A DNA stretch of 53,841 nucleotides. Origin: an uncultured Sphingomonadales bacterium (GTDB taxonomy: Bacteria; Pseudomonadota; Alphaproteobacteria; Sphingomonadales; Sphingomonadaceae). The stretch spans positions 1 to 53,841 of the forward strand of contig CAKZNA010000122.1 of the NCBI GenBank assembly GCA_937129355.1. Direction: 5' to 3'. The notes beneath the pieces were generated by a model, which saw only the letters and a list, made by a program, of their open reading frames with translations, was not told where the DNA came from and did not search any database. Positions 17,466 through 26,938 of this stretch are shown piece after piece. The position numbers were made by a program, and so were the translations under genes. The first letter of the stretch is position 1, and the number at the start of each line of letters is the position of its first letter.

Positions 17466-18590
17466 ATGACGTTGACTTCCTTTCCTCTAAAACTAATAAA
17501 ATTCCTGATACTGTTTTTCTGCATATCGGTGGGCTGGTGGTCGCCAGCACATGCCGAACGCATCAAGGACATGGGCCAGTTTCAGGGCCTGCGTGCTAAC
17601 CAATTAACAGGCTATGGCATCGTTGTAGGATTGGCTGGTACAGGTGATGATAGCTTAGACTATTCCACACGTGGTATGAAGGGTACTATTTCGCGCTTTG
17701 GTCTGACATTGCCGCCAGGCGTCAACCCCGCTCTTAAAAATTCAGCTGCCGTCATCGTTACGGCAGAACTCGCGCCATTTGCAAAACCGGGTCAGCGCCT
17801 TGATGTTACTGTCTCTGCTATTGGTAAGGCGAAATCGCTACGCGGCGGAACATTGTTGATGTCACCTCTCTACGGAGCGGACGGCAATATCTATGCGATG
17901 GCGCAAGGCAATCTGGTGGTGGGCGGTCTGGGCGTTGATGCTGCTGACGGATCGAAATTGTCAATTAACATCCCTTCTGCGGGACGAATCGATAATGGCG
18001 GCACTGTTGAAAGGTCGGTTGATACCGGCTTTGCGACAAGCCCGAGCTTGATGTTCAATCTTTCAACACAGGATTTAACCAATGCGAGTTTGGTGGCCGC
18101 CGCCATAAATCACAAGCTTGGCAGGCAGGTTGCCGATGCAGTGGATGGTGCCACAATCAACATTCAGGCCCCTGTCAATGCGGTTGAGCGCATTCGTTTG
18201 ATGAGCCGAATCGAGAATATTGAGTTGGTCCCTGCTGAACCTGCGGCGCGCGTGATCATTAATGCGAGAACCGGCACAATTGTGATCAATGGTGCGGTGC
18301 GCATTTGGCCCGCCGTGGTTAGCCACGGCAAATTGACCGTGAAGGTTGATGAAGATCCCCGAGTCGTTCAACCAGCTCCATTTAGCCGCGGCGTTACTGC
18401 TACCGAACAATCAAGCGATATCGCTGTAACAGAGGAACGCAATCCAGCTTTTTTGATGGATCGCGGCGCAAATCTCTCGGATATTGTAAAAGCCATCAAT
18501 CGGATTGGTGCCTCACCCGGCGATCTGGTGGCGATACTACAGGCATTGAAACAAGCCGGCGCATTAAAAGCGGAGCTTGTAGTTATATGA
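17466..18590 (+). CDS. flgI: P-ring protein FlgI
   Basis: signal peptide, NQLTGYGIVVGLAGTGD, AKSLRGGTLL, LQALKQAGAL. Confidence 0.96.
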   Translation: MTLTSFPLKLIKFLILFFCISVGWWSPAHAERIKDMGQFQGLRANQLTGYGIVVGLAGTGDDSLDYSTRGMKGTISRFGLTLPPGVNPALKNSAAVIVTAELAPFAKPGQRLDVTVSAIGKAKSLRGGTLLMSPLYGADGNIYAMAQGNLVVGGLGVDAADGSKLSINIPSAGRIDNGGTVERSVDTGFATSPSLMFNLSTQDLTNASLVAAAINHKLGRQVADAVDGATINIQAPVNAVERIRLMSRIENIELVPAEPAARVIINARTGTIVINGAVRIWPAVVSHGKLTVKVDEDPRVVQPAPFSRGVTATEQSSDIAVTEERNPAFLMDRGANLSDIVKAINRIGASPGDLVAILQALKQAGALKAELVVI

Positions 18591-18886
18591 TTGGCACATC
18601 TGTAAATACTACCCGAGCTCCATCAACTTCGGATGTGCCCGCCACAGGCCCTGCGCTGCGTAAAGCAGCGCAGGGTTTTGAGGCTGTTTTCCTTCGCGAG
18701 ATGATCGGGACGATGCGCGAAGCCAAGCTTGCCGATGATATTTTTGGTTCGAGCGCAACCGATAGTTTCAGGCAAATGGCCGATGCAAACTTGGCGGACT
18801 CTATGTCCGAGATGGACCATTTTGGGATAGCCGAAATGATCGAAAAACAATTTGTCGGATTAAATATAGGGGGCACAGATGAGTGA
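18587..18886 (+). CDS. flgJ: rod-capping FlgJ, N-terminal domain only (no muramidase)
   Basis: LRKAAQGFEAVFLREMIGTMR, FGIAEMIEKQ; 99 aa. Confidence 0.85.
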   Translation: MIGTSVNTTRAPSTSDVPATGPALRKAAQGFEAVFLREMIGTMREAKLADDIFGSSATDSFRQMADANLADSMSEMDHFGIAEMIEKQFVGLNIGGTDE

Positions 18887-20213
18887 CCTTTTGGGTATCG
18901 GTGCTACGGGCATCAGGGCTTATTCAAGGGCGTTGTCGGCCGTCAGCGATAATATTGCCAATTCGCAAACTCCCGGCTATGCGCGCCGCAGCGTCAGGTT
19001 AGAGGAAGCGCCCGGTGGTGGCGATGTTGCTCTATACCGTAACGCGATCTTGCCCGGCGGCGTATTGGTGGACGGAATTAACCGTTCTGTCGATCAATGG
19101 CTGGTTGATGACGCGCGCACGGCAGGAAGCGATGCCGGGCAGTCGGATGTTCGATTAGGGTGGCTTCAGGCAACCGAACGAGCCATTGATGATGGTCCCT
19201 CTGGCGTAGGCCAGAATGTAACCAAGTTATTCAATAATGCCGATCAATTGGCCAGTGACCCTAACAATGAAGCATTACGAAGCAGCTTTCTGCAATCGGT
19301 AGATGATGTCGCGTCGTCCTTTCGGCGCACAGCATCACAGCTGGCATCTGTGGCTAACGGAATATCGGCTGACGCGGTGATCAAAACCGAGGCCTTAAAC
19401 ACGAGTATCAATGCGCTAAAACGCGTCAATGACGGTTTGCAAGCCTCGCGCGACGGCTCAACAAATCAAGCGGGCCTGCTGGACGAGCGTGATCAGTTGC
19501 TTGACAGAATTGCAGCCTCGATTCCCGTAGGCGTGGAGTATAATGCAAAAGGGGCAGCGACATTGCAGGTCGATGGTCCGGGCAGTGAGATACTGCTGTC
19601 CGGAAATAACGTAACCAGCATTTCAAGCGTTGTCGCGGGGGACGGAACGATAAGTTATCAGCTCAGCCCCGGCAGCGCTTTTGCAGCGCCTTCGGGGGAA
19701 TTGGCTGGCCTGTCACAATCAGCTTCACATGTTGCTGCACAGCGTAGCGAGCTGGATAGTTTGGCGAACCAATTTGTTGCAGATTTGAACGGTGCTCATC
19801 AGGCTGGGCAAGATGTAGGTGGCAATGCTGGTGTGGCCCTACTTGTTCTTCCAGCGGGAGCGACATCTATGGTTGCGATAGCAATAGTGCCGTCCGGTGT
19901 TGCTGCTGCCGATGCAAGTAGCAGCAATGGCAATATGCTCGCTCTATCCGGCCTACGCGGGGCCAATGGCACTGAGGCAGGGTGGGCCAATATGGTCGCG
20001 CTGCAATCACAGGCTGTGTCTTCGGCAAGAGCGCAAGACTCTGCTGCAACATCGCGTCAGGATGGCGCGAATGCCGCGCGCGATGATGTAAGTGGTATTG
20101 ACCTGGACAGAGAAGCTGCAGATCTTTTGCGTTTTCAGCAAGCCTATCAAGGTGCCGCCCGCGTTTTGCAGGTGGCCCGAGAAAATATGCAGACGATCCT
20201 GAACTCGCTTTAA
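18879..20213 (+). CDS. flgK: hook-associated protein FlgK
   Basis: SDNIANSQTPGYARR, LLDERDQLL, SGIDLDREAADLLRFQQAYQGAARV. Confidence 0.94.
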   Translation: MSDLLGIGATGIRAYSRALSAVSDNIANSQTPGYARRSVRLEEAPGGGDVALYRNAILPGGVLVDGINRSVDQWLVDDARTAGSDAGQSDVRLGWLQATERAIDDGPSGVGQNVTKLFNNADQLASDPNNEALRSSFLQSVDDVASSFRRTASQLASVANGISADAVIKTEALNTSINALKRVNDGLQASRDGSTNQAGLLDERDQLLDRIAASIPVGVEYNAKGAATLQVDGPGSEILLSGNNVTSISSVVAGDGTISYQLSPGSAFAAPSGELAGLSQSASHVAAQRSELDSLANQFVADLNGAHQAGQDVGGNAGVALLVLPAGATSMVAIAIVPSGVAAADASSSNGNMLALSGLRGANGTEAGWANMVALQSQAVSSARAQDSAATSRQDGANAARDDVSGIDLDREAADLLRFQQAYQGAARVLQVARENMQTILNSL

Positions 20214-20225
20214 GGATGACATGAT

Positions 20226-21056
20226 ATGATCAATGCAACCGGCAATCAGTTAACAATGGAAATCAGGCGGCAAGGTAGTCTTGCCGATGCGATATCGCGC
20301 AGCCAGATCAACATATCTACCGGTAAGAAAATTCAAATGGCATCGGACGATCCGGTCGCGGCTGCACGTGTTGCAACAATCGAGCGAGCACAGGCAAATG
20401 ATGAAACTTGGCAGTCCAATTTAAACTTGGGATTGTCACTCGCCAATCAGGCCGATGATGTTTTATCGACCTTGAACGATAGACTGGTACGCGTCCAAGA
20501 ATTGATGATCGCCGGTGCCAACGGCACGCTTTCCGATGATGACCGCACGACCTATGCGGTGGAAATTGCTGGTATTGCGGATGAAATCGATAGTTATATG
20601 GGGACAAAATCTTCGCTTGGCGAACCGCTTTTCGCTGCCGCCAACGAGCGGGAAATGCGGTTTAACGAGTCTGCGGTCTTTGCCCCTGTCCCTTCGCGCG
20701 ACGATGTTTTTGGAACGGGCGCGAACATCTTGGGGCAAATTGTTCGCGATGCGGCCAATGCAATTGCAACGGGTAATGATGCTACGCTGTCATCGTCTTT
20801 GGATGCTGTGCAAGACACAATTGGCCGAGTGGCAGACAGATCCGCTGATATCGGTGTACGTGCGTCCCGCATGGACAGCCTTCGAGAAACGATGGAAGCT
20901 CGCGCTATAGATTATGCTGCGGAACGTTCCGGTCTGGAAGATACCAATTTGGCCGAAGCAATTGCCCGGCTAAATGCGGAAACAATCACGCTGGAAGCTG
21001 CGCAGGCGGCATTCGCCCGAATTAACCAGCGAACATTGTTCGATATTCTTTCGTAA
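20226..21056 (+). CDS. flgL: hook-associated protein FlgL
   Basis: ISTGKKIQMASDDPVAA, LEAAQAAFARINQRTLFDIL. Confidence 0.92.
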   Translation: MINATGNQLTMEIRRQGSLADAISRSQINISTGKKIQMASDDPVAAARVATIERAQANDETWQSNLNLGLSLANQADDVLSTLNDRLVRVQELMIAGANGTLSDDDRTTYAVEIAGIADEIDSYMGTKSSLGEPLFAAANEREMRFNESAVFAPVPSRDDVFGTGANILGQIVRDAANAIATGNDATLSSSLDAVQDTIGRVADRSADIGVRASRMDSLRETMEARAIDYAAERSGLEDTNLAEAIARLNAETITLEAAQAAFARINQRTLFDILS

Positions 21057-21063
21057 CAGCACC

Positions 21064-21090
21064 TAAAAATATGGCTGGGAATGCCGTTTT
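21064..21090 (+). promoter_or_regulatory. sigma28 promoter for motAB
   Basis: TAAA-N15-GCCGTTTT. Confidence 0.72.
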
Positions 21091-21146
21091 AAAACGCAGT
21101 TACTGCGGCATTTACCGTATCCAAATTTAACACAACAGGGACTGCT

Positions 21147-22010
21147 ATGCTTGCAATCATTGGTATCGTAATATTGCTCGTAATGGTTTTTGGTGGGTTT
21201 ATGCTTGCTGGCGGTAACCTGACACCGGTATTGATGGCTTTGCCCCTCGAGATGATGATTATCGGCGGTGCGGCTCTTGGCGCACTAGTGATTGGTAACT
21301 CTGTCGCCGAGTTAAAGGCTCTTGGCGGCTGCCTATCAAAAGTTTTTAAAGGTCCGGTATATGACAAGCAGGACTATCTGGATTGCATTTTCCTAGTATC
21401 AAAATTGATGAAAATGTTGAAAGTTGACGGTCCGGTAGCTGTTGAACTGCATATCGAAGACCCCGCCAGTTCGGACATCTTTGCCGCCTACCCCAAGCTG
21501 TTAAACGACGAAACGCTGATCCATCTTATATGCGACACCTTGCGCTTGGTTGTTGTATCATCAGGCACACTTGACACCCACGCAGTCGAAGATGTCATGG
21601 ATCATGCCATCAAAACGCATCACCACCATGTCGTGAAGCCCGCTGAAGGGCTACAGGGACTCGCGGACGCATTGCCTGCATTGGGTATTGTCGCTGCTGT
21701 TTTGGGCGTGGTGAAGACAATGGGTTCGATCGACCAGCCGCCGGCCGTGCTGGGCGGCATGATCGGTTCTGCTTTGGTCGGAACGTTTCTGGGAGTGTTT
21801 CTGGCATACGGCATGGTGGGTCCATTTGCTAACCGGGCAAACCAGGTAATCGATGCGGACGCTGCGATCTACCAGATGGTAAAGCAAATCATCATTGCAT
21901 CGCTACACGGGCACCCCCAACCATTGGTTATCGAGGCAGCCCGCGCCGGAATAGAACATACTAACCAACCTTCCTTTGCAGAAGTGTTTGACGGAATGCG
22001 TGCGCGTTAG
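21147..22010 (+). CDS. motA: flagellar stator protein MotA
   Basis: 4 TM; LPALGIVAAVLGVV, IGSALVGTFLG...AYG, enteric/lateral-type cytoplasmic loop (HIEDP). Confidence 0.95.
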   Translation: MLAIIGIVILLVMVFGGFMLAGGNLTPVLMALPLEMMIIGGAALGALVIGNSVAELKALGGCLSKVFKGPVYDKQDYLDCIFLVSKLMKMLKVDGPVAVELHIEDPASSDIFAAYPKLLNDETLIHLICDTLRLVVVSSGTLDTHAVEDVMDHAIKTHHHHVVKPAEGLQGLADALPALGIVAAVLGVVKTMGSIDQPPAVLGGMIGSALVGTFLGVFLAYGMVGPFANRANQVIDADAAIYQMVKQIIIASLHGHPQPLVIEAARAGIEHTNQPSFAEVFDGMRAR

Positions 22011-22883
22011 ATGGCGAAAAGCAAGGAACCTGTCAGGCCGATAATCATAAAAAAGATTATTGAAGAAGCGCATGGCGGCCACCACGGCGGCGCATGGAAA
22101 GTGGCCTACGCAGACTTTGTAACCGCTATGATGGCTTTTTTTCTTTTGATGTGGTTGCTTGGTGCAACAACAGAGAAACAGCGTAAGGCATTGGCCGACT
22201 ATTTTGCGCCAACTTTGGTAGAAACGAAAGAGGGAAGTGCCGGCTCTAACGGCCTTTTTGGTGGCGATTCCATTATACACGCCGATAACTATCCGCATCG
22301 AGCGGCGCAAACAGGAACGAGATCGATAACCATCCCGCGCGATGCAACCGGCGGTGTAAAAGAAGCCGCTGGTGCCGCAGCGCAAAAAGCAAGTTTTGAG
22401 CGCCTGAAAAAAGAGTTGGCCCAAAAAGTGATGTTGAGCAAGAGCCTGAAGCGCTTTGCAAAGAATATCCGGTTTACCGATACACGCAAAGGTTTGCGCA
22501 TTGATATGATCGATGAATCCGACTTTACAATGTTTGCTTTTGGGACCGATAGTTTAACCCCTGACGCGGTGAGCCTGATGAACACCGTGGCAGGCGTCAT
22601 TAAGAAACTACCCAATAGGTTGATTATCAGAGGGCATACTGATGCCGTGCCCTATAGAGCCGGAAATAGTACGAACAACTGGCAGCTATCTGCGGCACGC
22701 GCGGAGGAAACACGAAGGTTTCTTGCCAGTCGCGCAATAGACCAGAACCGCTTTGCTAGGATTGAGGGCGTGGCCGACACTGAACCCTATATCACGCAAG
22801 ACATATTTGATGCGCGCAATCGGCGTATCTCGATCACATTACGCACGATGACGTCTGAACCTAAAACAAAAATAACCTTTTAG
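22011..22883 (+). CDS. motB: flagellar stator protein MotB
   Basis: WKVAYADFVTAMMAFF (conserved Asp), OmpA-like GHTD...NWQLSAARA...RNRRI. Confidence 0.95.
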   Translation: MAKSKEPVRPIIIKKIIEEAHGGHHGGAWKVAYADFVTAMMAFFLLMWLLGATTEKQRKALADYFAPTLVETKEGSAGSNGLFGGDSIIHADNYPHRAAQTGTRSITIPRDATGGVKEAAGAAAQKASFERLKKELAQKVMLSKSLKRFAKNIRFTDTRKGLRIDMIDESDFTMFAFGTDSLTPDAVSLMNTVAGVIKKLPNRLIIRGHTDAVPYRAGNSTNNWQLSAARAEETRRFLASRAIDQNRFARIEGVADTEPYITQDIFDARNRRISITLRTMTSEPKTKITF

Positions 22884-22918
22884 AGGCCGAGGCCAACAAA
22901 TAGGTGGGGGTAAGAAAT

Positions 22919-22985
22919 ATCCAAATTGAACCTATCTCCGCTAAAATAGGTCCATTTTGATAGCTTATGTTCATAATGGACATAA
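22919..22985. promoter_or_regulatory. three GTYCA-N3-TGRAC-like palindromic sites upstream of the master activator gene
   Basis: ATCCA-AAT-TGAAC (22919), GTCCA-TTT-TGATA (22950), TTATGTTCA-TAA-TGGACATAA (22965-22985). Confidence 0.45.
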
Positions 22986-23092
22986 ACTACTGAAAAACAT
23001 ATTTAAATATCTCAATTTTTACTCTCTGTTAACCATGATTGCCAATAATTCAACTCGTAACGGAAACAGTTCGTTTTCGTGAATTGGAGTGG

Positions 23093-24208
23093 ATGATGGC
23101 TGATATAATGATAGCAGAGGAGCAGAAAGCTGTTGATGACCTGATCGTTGGTAACAGTCCGGCAATGATCGCGCTTAAGCATATGATCAAGCGCGTGGCC
23201 CATTCAGATGCGTCTATCATGATTACGGGCCCATCCGGATCCGGTAAAGAAATGGTGGCGCAAGCCATACATGCGGAAAGCAACCGAAATTCCAACAAGT
23301 TTGTAGCGCTAAATTGTGGCGCTGTTCCTGCCGAATTGATGGAGTCTGAATTATTCGGCCATGAACGCGGTTCGTTCACAGGCGCTAATAGTCGCCGTAT
23401 CGGCCGTTTCGAAGAATCCGATAAGGGCACTTTGTTTCTCGATGAAATTGGCGACATGCCATATGACATGCAGGTCAAATTGCTTCGGGTATTGGAAGAC
23501 GGCAAAGTAAATCGCGTTGGAAGCAATAATTGTATTCCCGTTAATGTGCGCATCATCTCTGCCACCCATCAAAACATAGATCAGGCGATCACAACCAACA
23601 CTTTTAGAGAAGATCTGTATTTCCGATTGGGCGTTGTCCCTGTCGTTGTGCCGGGCCTTGCCGAAAGAGCCCAAGACATTCCTCTGTTGGTTCGACATTT
23701 CCAAAAAAGTAAAACGACTGCCCAGTTGGCCCGATTTGATAGCAGCGCGACGAACCGCCTTATGGCACATAATTGGCCCGGGAATGTTCGCGAGCTGCGC
23801 AACATCGTTGAACGAGCAGGCGTATTGTTTGGCGGTGAGATGATCACTGCAGCTCATGTCGATCAGCTGCTCAACTTGTCGCCTCGTAACATGGCTATGC
23901 CAGCGGGCGAAATTCTGGATCTCGCGGTGAAGACCGAATCACAGCAATCGCCTGAGCCCGTAGCCTTTGATGAATTGGTAAGCGCGCCCATGGCCGCTCC
24001 CACGATCGACCCATTGGCGACTGCATCATCGCTTTTGGATGGGCCGATTAACCTTAGAGAAATGCTGGAGAATATGGAGCTGGAGCGTATCCAACTTGCA
24101 TTGGAAACGGCCGATGGCGTGATTTCCGAAGCCGCAAGATTGTTAACCCTGAAGCGAACCACACTCATCGAAAAGATGCGTAAATATGGAGTAGAAAAAC
24201 TATGTTAG
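23093..24208 (+). CDS. sigma54-dependent flagellar master activator, FleQ/LafK-like, no receiver domain
   Basis: GPSGSGKE Walker A, ESELFGHERGSFTGA, LFLDEIG, WPGNVREL, Fis HTH AARLLTLKRTTLIEKMRKY; start 23093 after GGAG. Confidence 0.9.
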   Translation: MMADIMIAEEQKAVDDLIVGNSPAMIALKHMIKRVAHSDASIMITGPSGSGKEMVAQAIHAESNRNSNKFVALNCGAVPAELMESELFGHERGSFTGANSRRIGRFEESDKGTLFLDEIGDMPYDMQVKLLRVLEDGKVNRVGSNNCIPVNVRIISATHQNIDQAITTNTFREDLYFRLGVVPVVVPGLAERAQDIPLLVRHFQKSKTTAQLARFDSSATNRLMAHNWPGNVRELRNIVERAGVLFGGEMITAAHVDQLLNLSPRNMAMPAGEILDLAVKTESQQSPEPVAFDELVSAPMAAPTIDPLATASSLLDGPINLREMLENMELERIQLALETADGVISEAARLLTLKRTTLIEKMRKYGVEKLC

Positions 24209-24756
24209 ACAATAATTGGATATTGAACCTGGCTTCGGTCATTGTTGCAGGCGCCGGGGCTTCGATCGCCGATCTTCCCGTTAAATTGGGTGATCCGATT
24301 GGCGAGCTGATCAATCAAGGCAGGCAAAACGCGATTCAGCAGGTAGCTGTCGAGCGAGGCTGGATAGCTATCGATGGCTTGCCAAATGAGTCGCTTGGCT
24401 GGAGTGAGGTCGATGCGGATATAATCTATGCCGTGCGTGTTACCAACGAGTCGGACTATAGCTATTACGGTAGCGAACTAGAACTTATTGACTTTTTGCC
24501 GGATGGAATACGTTTGAACACGAATGATTTTGATGGAGCTGGCCCAATTCAGACCAGCTTTGAATTTATTGCTGGAAAAAGCGGTTTAAAGTTATTGTCT
24601 GATGATGTGCAATTTTCCAGCGACGGTGGCGAAACATTCAGTCCCAAAACAAAAAAAGGTTCTGACTACACCGTTGGCGCAATAAGAATAAGTCCGCGCG
24701 GTACAATGGCCAAGAACAGCAGTTTCACAGTCCGGTTTCGCGCGAAGCTACCATGA
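24202..24756 (+). CDS. hypothetical exported beta-rich protein, DUF11-like
   Basis: hydrophobic N-terminus; IYAVRVTN...LIDFLPDG...FSSDGG...IRISPRGTM...FTVRFRAK; overlaps activator stop by 7 nt. Confidence 0.6.
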   Translation: MLDNNWILNLASVIVAGAGASIADLPVKLGDPIGELINQGRQNAIQQVAVERGWIAIDGLPNESLGWSEVDADIIYAVRVTNESDYSYYGSELELIDFLPDGIRLNTNDFDGAGPIQTSFEFIAGKSGLKLLSDDVQFSSDGGETFSPKTKKGSDYTVGAIRISPRGTMAKNSSFTVRFRAKLP

Positions 24757-24763
24757 ATACAAA

Positions 24764-25057
24764 TTACTGATACTCGGTCAGAATTTCGATACACTTGCGT
24801 ATAATCTTCTTTTGCGTTTGCGGGCATTCAATTTCCCGCTTTCGCATTTGAAGGTCGGTCGAACCGATAGTTTTGATAGTTTTTTTGGAAGCTGTTTTTT
24901 TCTCAGCAACCTTTTCTAAACCAGGTTTGTTGCCACCACCTGGTTTAGATAAAACCTTTTTCTCGACAGGTTTTGCATCTGAAAGACCGGGCTCAATTCC
25001 CGTAAACAATATAGAGGCCATCAATGGGTAGGTGAACAAATATGTGCGTATTTTCAT
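24764..25057 (-). CDS. small Lys-rich secreted protein (97 aa), two Cys
   Basis: start re-assigned to MKIRTYLF (signal-peptide-like); 16 Lys; C78 and C89; sigma28 promoter immediately upstream. Confidence 0.6.
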   Translation of the reverse strand: MKIRTYLFTYPLMASILFTGIEPGLSDAKPVEKKVLSKPGGGNKPGLEKVAEKKTASKKTIKTIGSTDLQMRKREIECPQTQKKIIRKCIEILTEYQ

Positions 25058-25064
25058 GTTATAA

Positions 25065-25091
25065 TATACGGCAAGCCGTACCCGTTGTTTA
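25065..25091 (-). promoter_or_regulatory. sigma28 promoter between fliS and the 97-aa gene
   Basis: minus strand TAAA-N15-GCCGTATA, ending 7 nt before the ATG. Confidence 0.65.
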
Positions 25092-25095
25092 GCAG

Positions 25096-25506
25096 CTATT
25101 TCAAATCCGGAATCCGGAGCCAAGCCGTTTGGATATTGGCCAGACCGTCTAACAACTCATCCAGTTGGCTGCTGTCACCAGCTCTTATGATTATTCTGAT
25201 TGTAGCTGCCATGGTGTGATAAACATCTGCCAGTATATTGCAGAGGGTGTCATTGTCCGAGTCGCTCAATCCGCTTAACAGGGCAACAACTATCGAATGC
25301 GCCCGATGCGCCTCACGGTGATCCGCGATATTTTCCTTTCTGCCATCCACCGCCTTCAGTACCAGCAGACAATTTTCCAATTCTTCGTAGAGGATTTTGA
25401 CCAATGTGTACGGGTCTGCGGTTTCCAGCTTGGATTGCAAATCCACTTCTTGATAATGTGATCGGACTTTTGCCTGTTGGGCAAGGTTACTGACGCTGTG
25501 AAGCAT
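25096..25506 (-). CDS. fliS: flagellin chaperone FliS
   Basis: ADPYTLVKILYE, LADVYHTM, LANIQTAW; overlaps fliD stop. Confidence 0.85.
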   Translation of the reverse strand: MLHSVSNLAQQAKVRSHYQEVDLQSKLETADPYTLVKILYEELENCLLVLKAVDGRKENIADHREAHRAHSIVVALLSGLSDSDNDTLCNILADVYHTMAATIRIIIRAGDSSQLDELLDGLANIQTAWLRIPDLK

Positions 25507-26882
25507 TAGCTGTCACCGCCCTGCCAGACGCGTATTTGTTGTTCCAAATAGCTTTGTGTTGCCTGGAATGAAGCCAGGCGGGCATCCAGATTACCAAATT
25601 GTCTTTGTAATCTAGCCTGATAAGCGGCTTCGCGGTCTTCCACACGCTCTCTGTCATCGGTCAAAGCGCTTGCCTCTTTGTCTAAACGGCTGTCCAAGGC
25701 AGTGAGCAAACCGTCTTCGGACGTTGCACCGTCTTCAATATTTTGCAAAATTAAAGTAATGCCCGGGTCAGTTGTTTCCGTCCGTGTGGAATCGCGCGGA
25801 GGGTTGAACAAAGCAATCACGGCATCGGGGTTGCTTTCTAGAACTTCGCCAAGTTTTGCACTGTCCAGACTGAGTGTGCCATCTCTGTTAGTCGAAACGC
25901 CGATGTCGGTAAGGCTATTTATGGCAAGATCGCTGGTAACGCTTTGACCGGCTAGTACGCTAAGTTGTTGATCCAGCCGCCGCATGGAAAAATCACCTCG
26001 CGTTGCTGTCAATGCATCAGACACCTGCCCGCGCAACGTGTTGAAGGCCGCTATGAAATCGTCGACATTCTGACGAATGGTATCCGATGATGCATCTCGC
26101 CCAATTGATACACTTTCGTTACCCGTTATCTTCTTAAAGTTGAGAGACAATCCGGGTAGGATATCGGAGGCTTCATTTTCGGCGCGGCTATAATCTATGC
26201 CGTCTATAGTAAATAGCGAGTTTTGCGCGGCTTGCCCGAGGCTGAGTCCCCCTGAAGTGCCGTCAAAGGTGAAATTGGCAAGGCCAGGGTCGGCACCTAA
26301 ATCACTAGTCAATGTAAAGGCAGCATCTTCACCAGTCGCACCTTTCAATACCAGCCGGGCGCTGCTGCCATCATTAACAATATTAGCTGTTACTGTACTA
26401 CCCGACGCGTTAATTGCGTCGGCAAGGCCAGTTAAGCTATCATTGGTAGCATCGATAGTAAGTGCATAGTCAGTGCCGCCAACAGAAAGTGTAAGGTCCC
26501 CTTGCCCAATTGCGGCTGCCTCATCGGCGACGCTTGATGAAAACAATGTTTGCGACCTTGCTAGTTGTGAAATTTCAATCTCGCTTGTTACTTCGCCCAA
26601 AATCCCGCTGCCGGTCACGGTTGCAGATAGAAAGGTTTCATCCGAAACCGTGGGCTTGCCGCTAAAGCCGCCTTCACCGGCAACAGAGCCTAACGATTCT
26701 GCGAAGTTTTCCAGACTAGAACGCACTTGTCCAACCGCACTGATCCTTGCTTGATTGGCTTCCACCAGCGTATCAAGGTGGCGTATTTTTGGCTCACGCG
26801 AAGCGGCAGCCAGATCCAAAACAATCTGGCCAGTATCTAATCCAGCACCGATTCCTAGGCTGTTAGCAATTGAATTTAGCAT
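25506..26882 (-). CDS. fliD: filament cap FliD
   Basis: SLGIGAGLDT, ISQLARSQ, LTDIGVSTNRDGTLSLD, RLQRQFGNLD; start 26882 after AAGGA. Confidence 0.93.
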   Translation of the reverse strand: MLNSIANSLGIGAGLDTGQIVLDLAAASREPKIRHLDTLVEANQARISAVGQVRSSLENFAESLGSVAGEGGFSGKPTVSDETFLSATVTGSGILGEVTSEIEISQLARSQTLFSSSVADEAAAIGQGDLTLSVGGTDYALTIDATNDSLTGLADAINASGSTVTANIVNDGSSARLVLKGATGEDAAFTLTSDLGADPGLANFTFDGTSGGLSLGQAAQNSLFTIDGIDYSRAENEASDILPGLSLNFKKITGNESVSIGRDASSDTIRQNVDDFIAAFNTLRGQVSDALTATRGDFSMRRLDQQLSVLAGQSVTSDLAINSLTDIGVSTNRDGTLSLDSAKLGEVLESNPDAVIALFNPPRDSTRTETTDPGITLILQNIEDGATSEDGLLTALDSRLDKEASALTDDRERVEDREAAYQARLQRQFGNLDARLASFQATQSYLEQQIRVWQGGDS

Positions 26883-26901
26883 TTTTTCATCCTTCACTGG
26901 A

Positions 26902-26928
26902 TAAACGGCAGCATCTTCAATTCATTTA
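26902..26928 (-). promoter_or_regulatory. sigma28 promoter for fliD-fliS
   Basis: minus strand TAAA-N15-GCCGTTTA. Confidence 0.78.
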
Positions 26929-26938
26929 TTGCGCTCAT

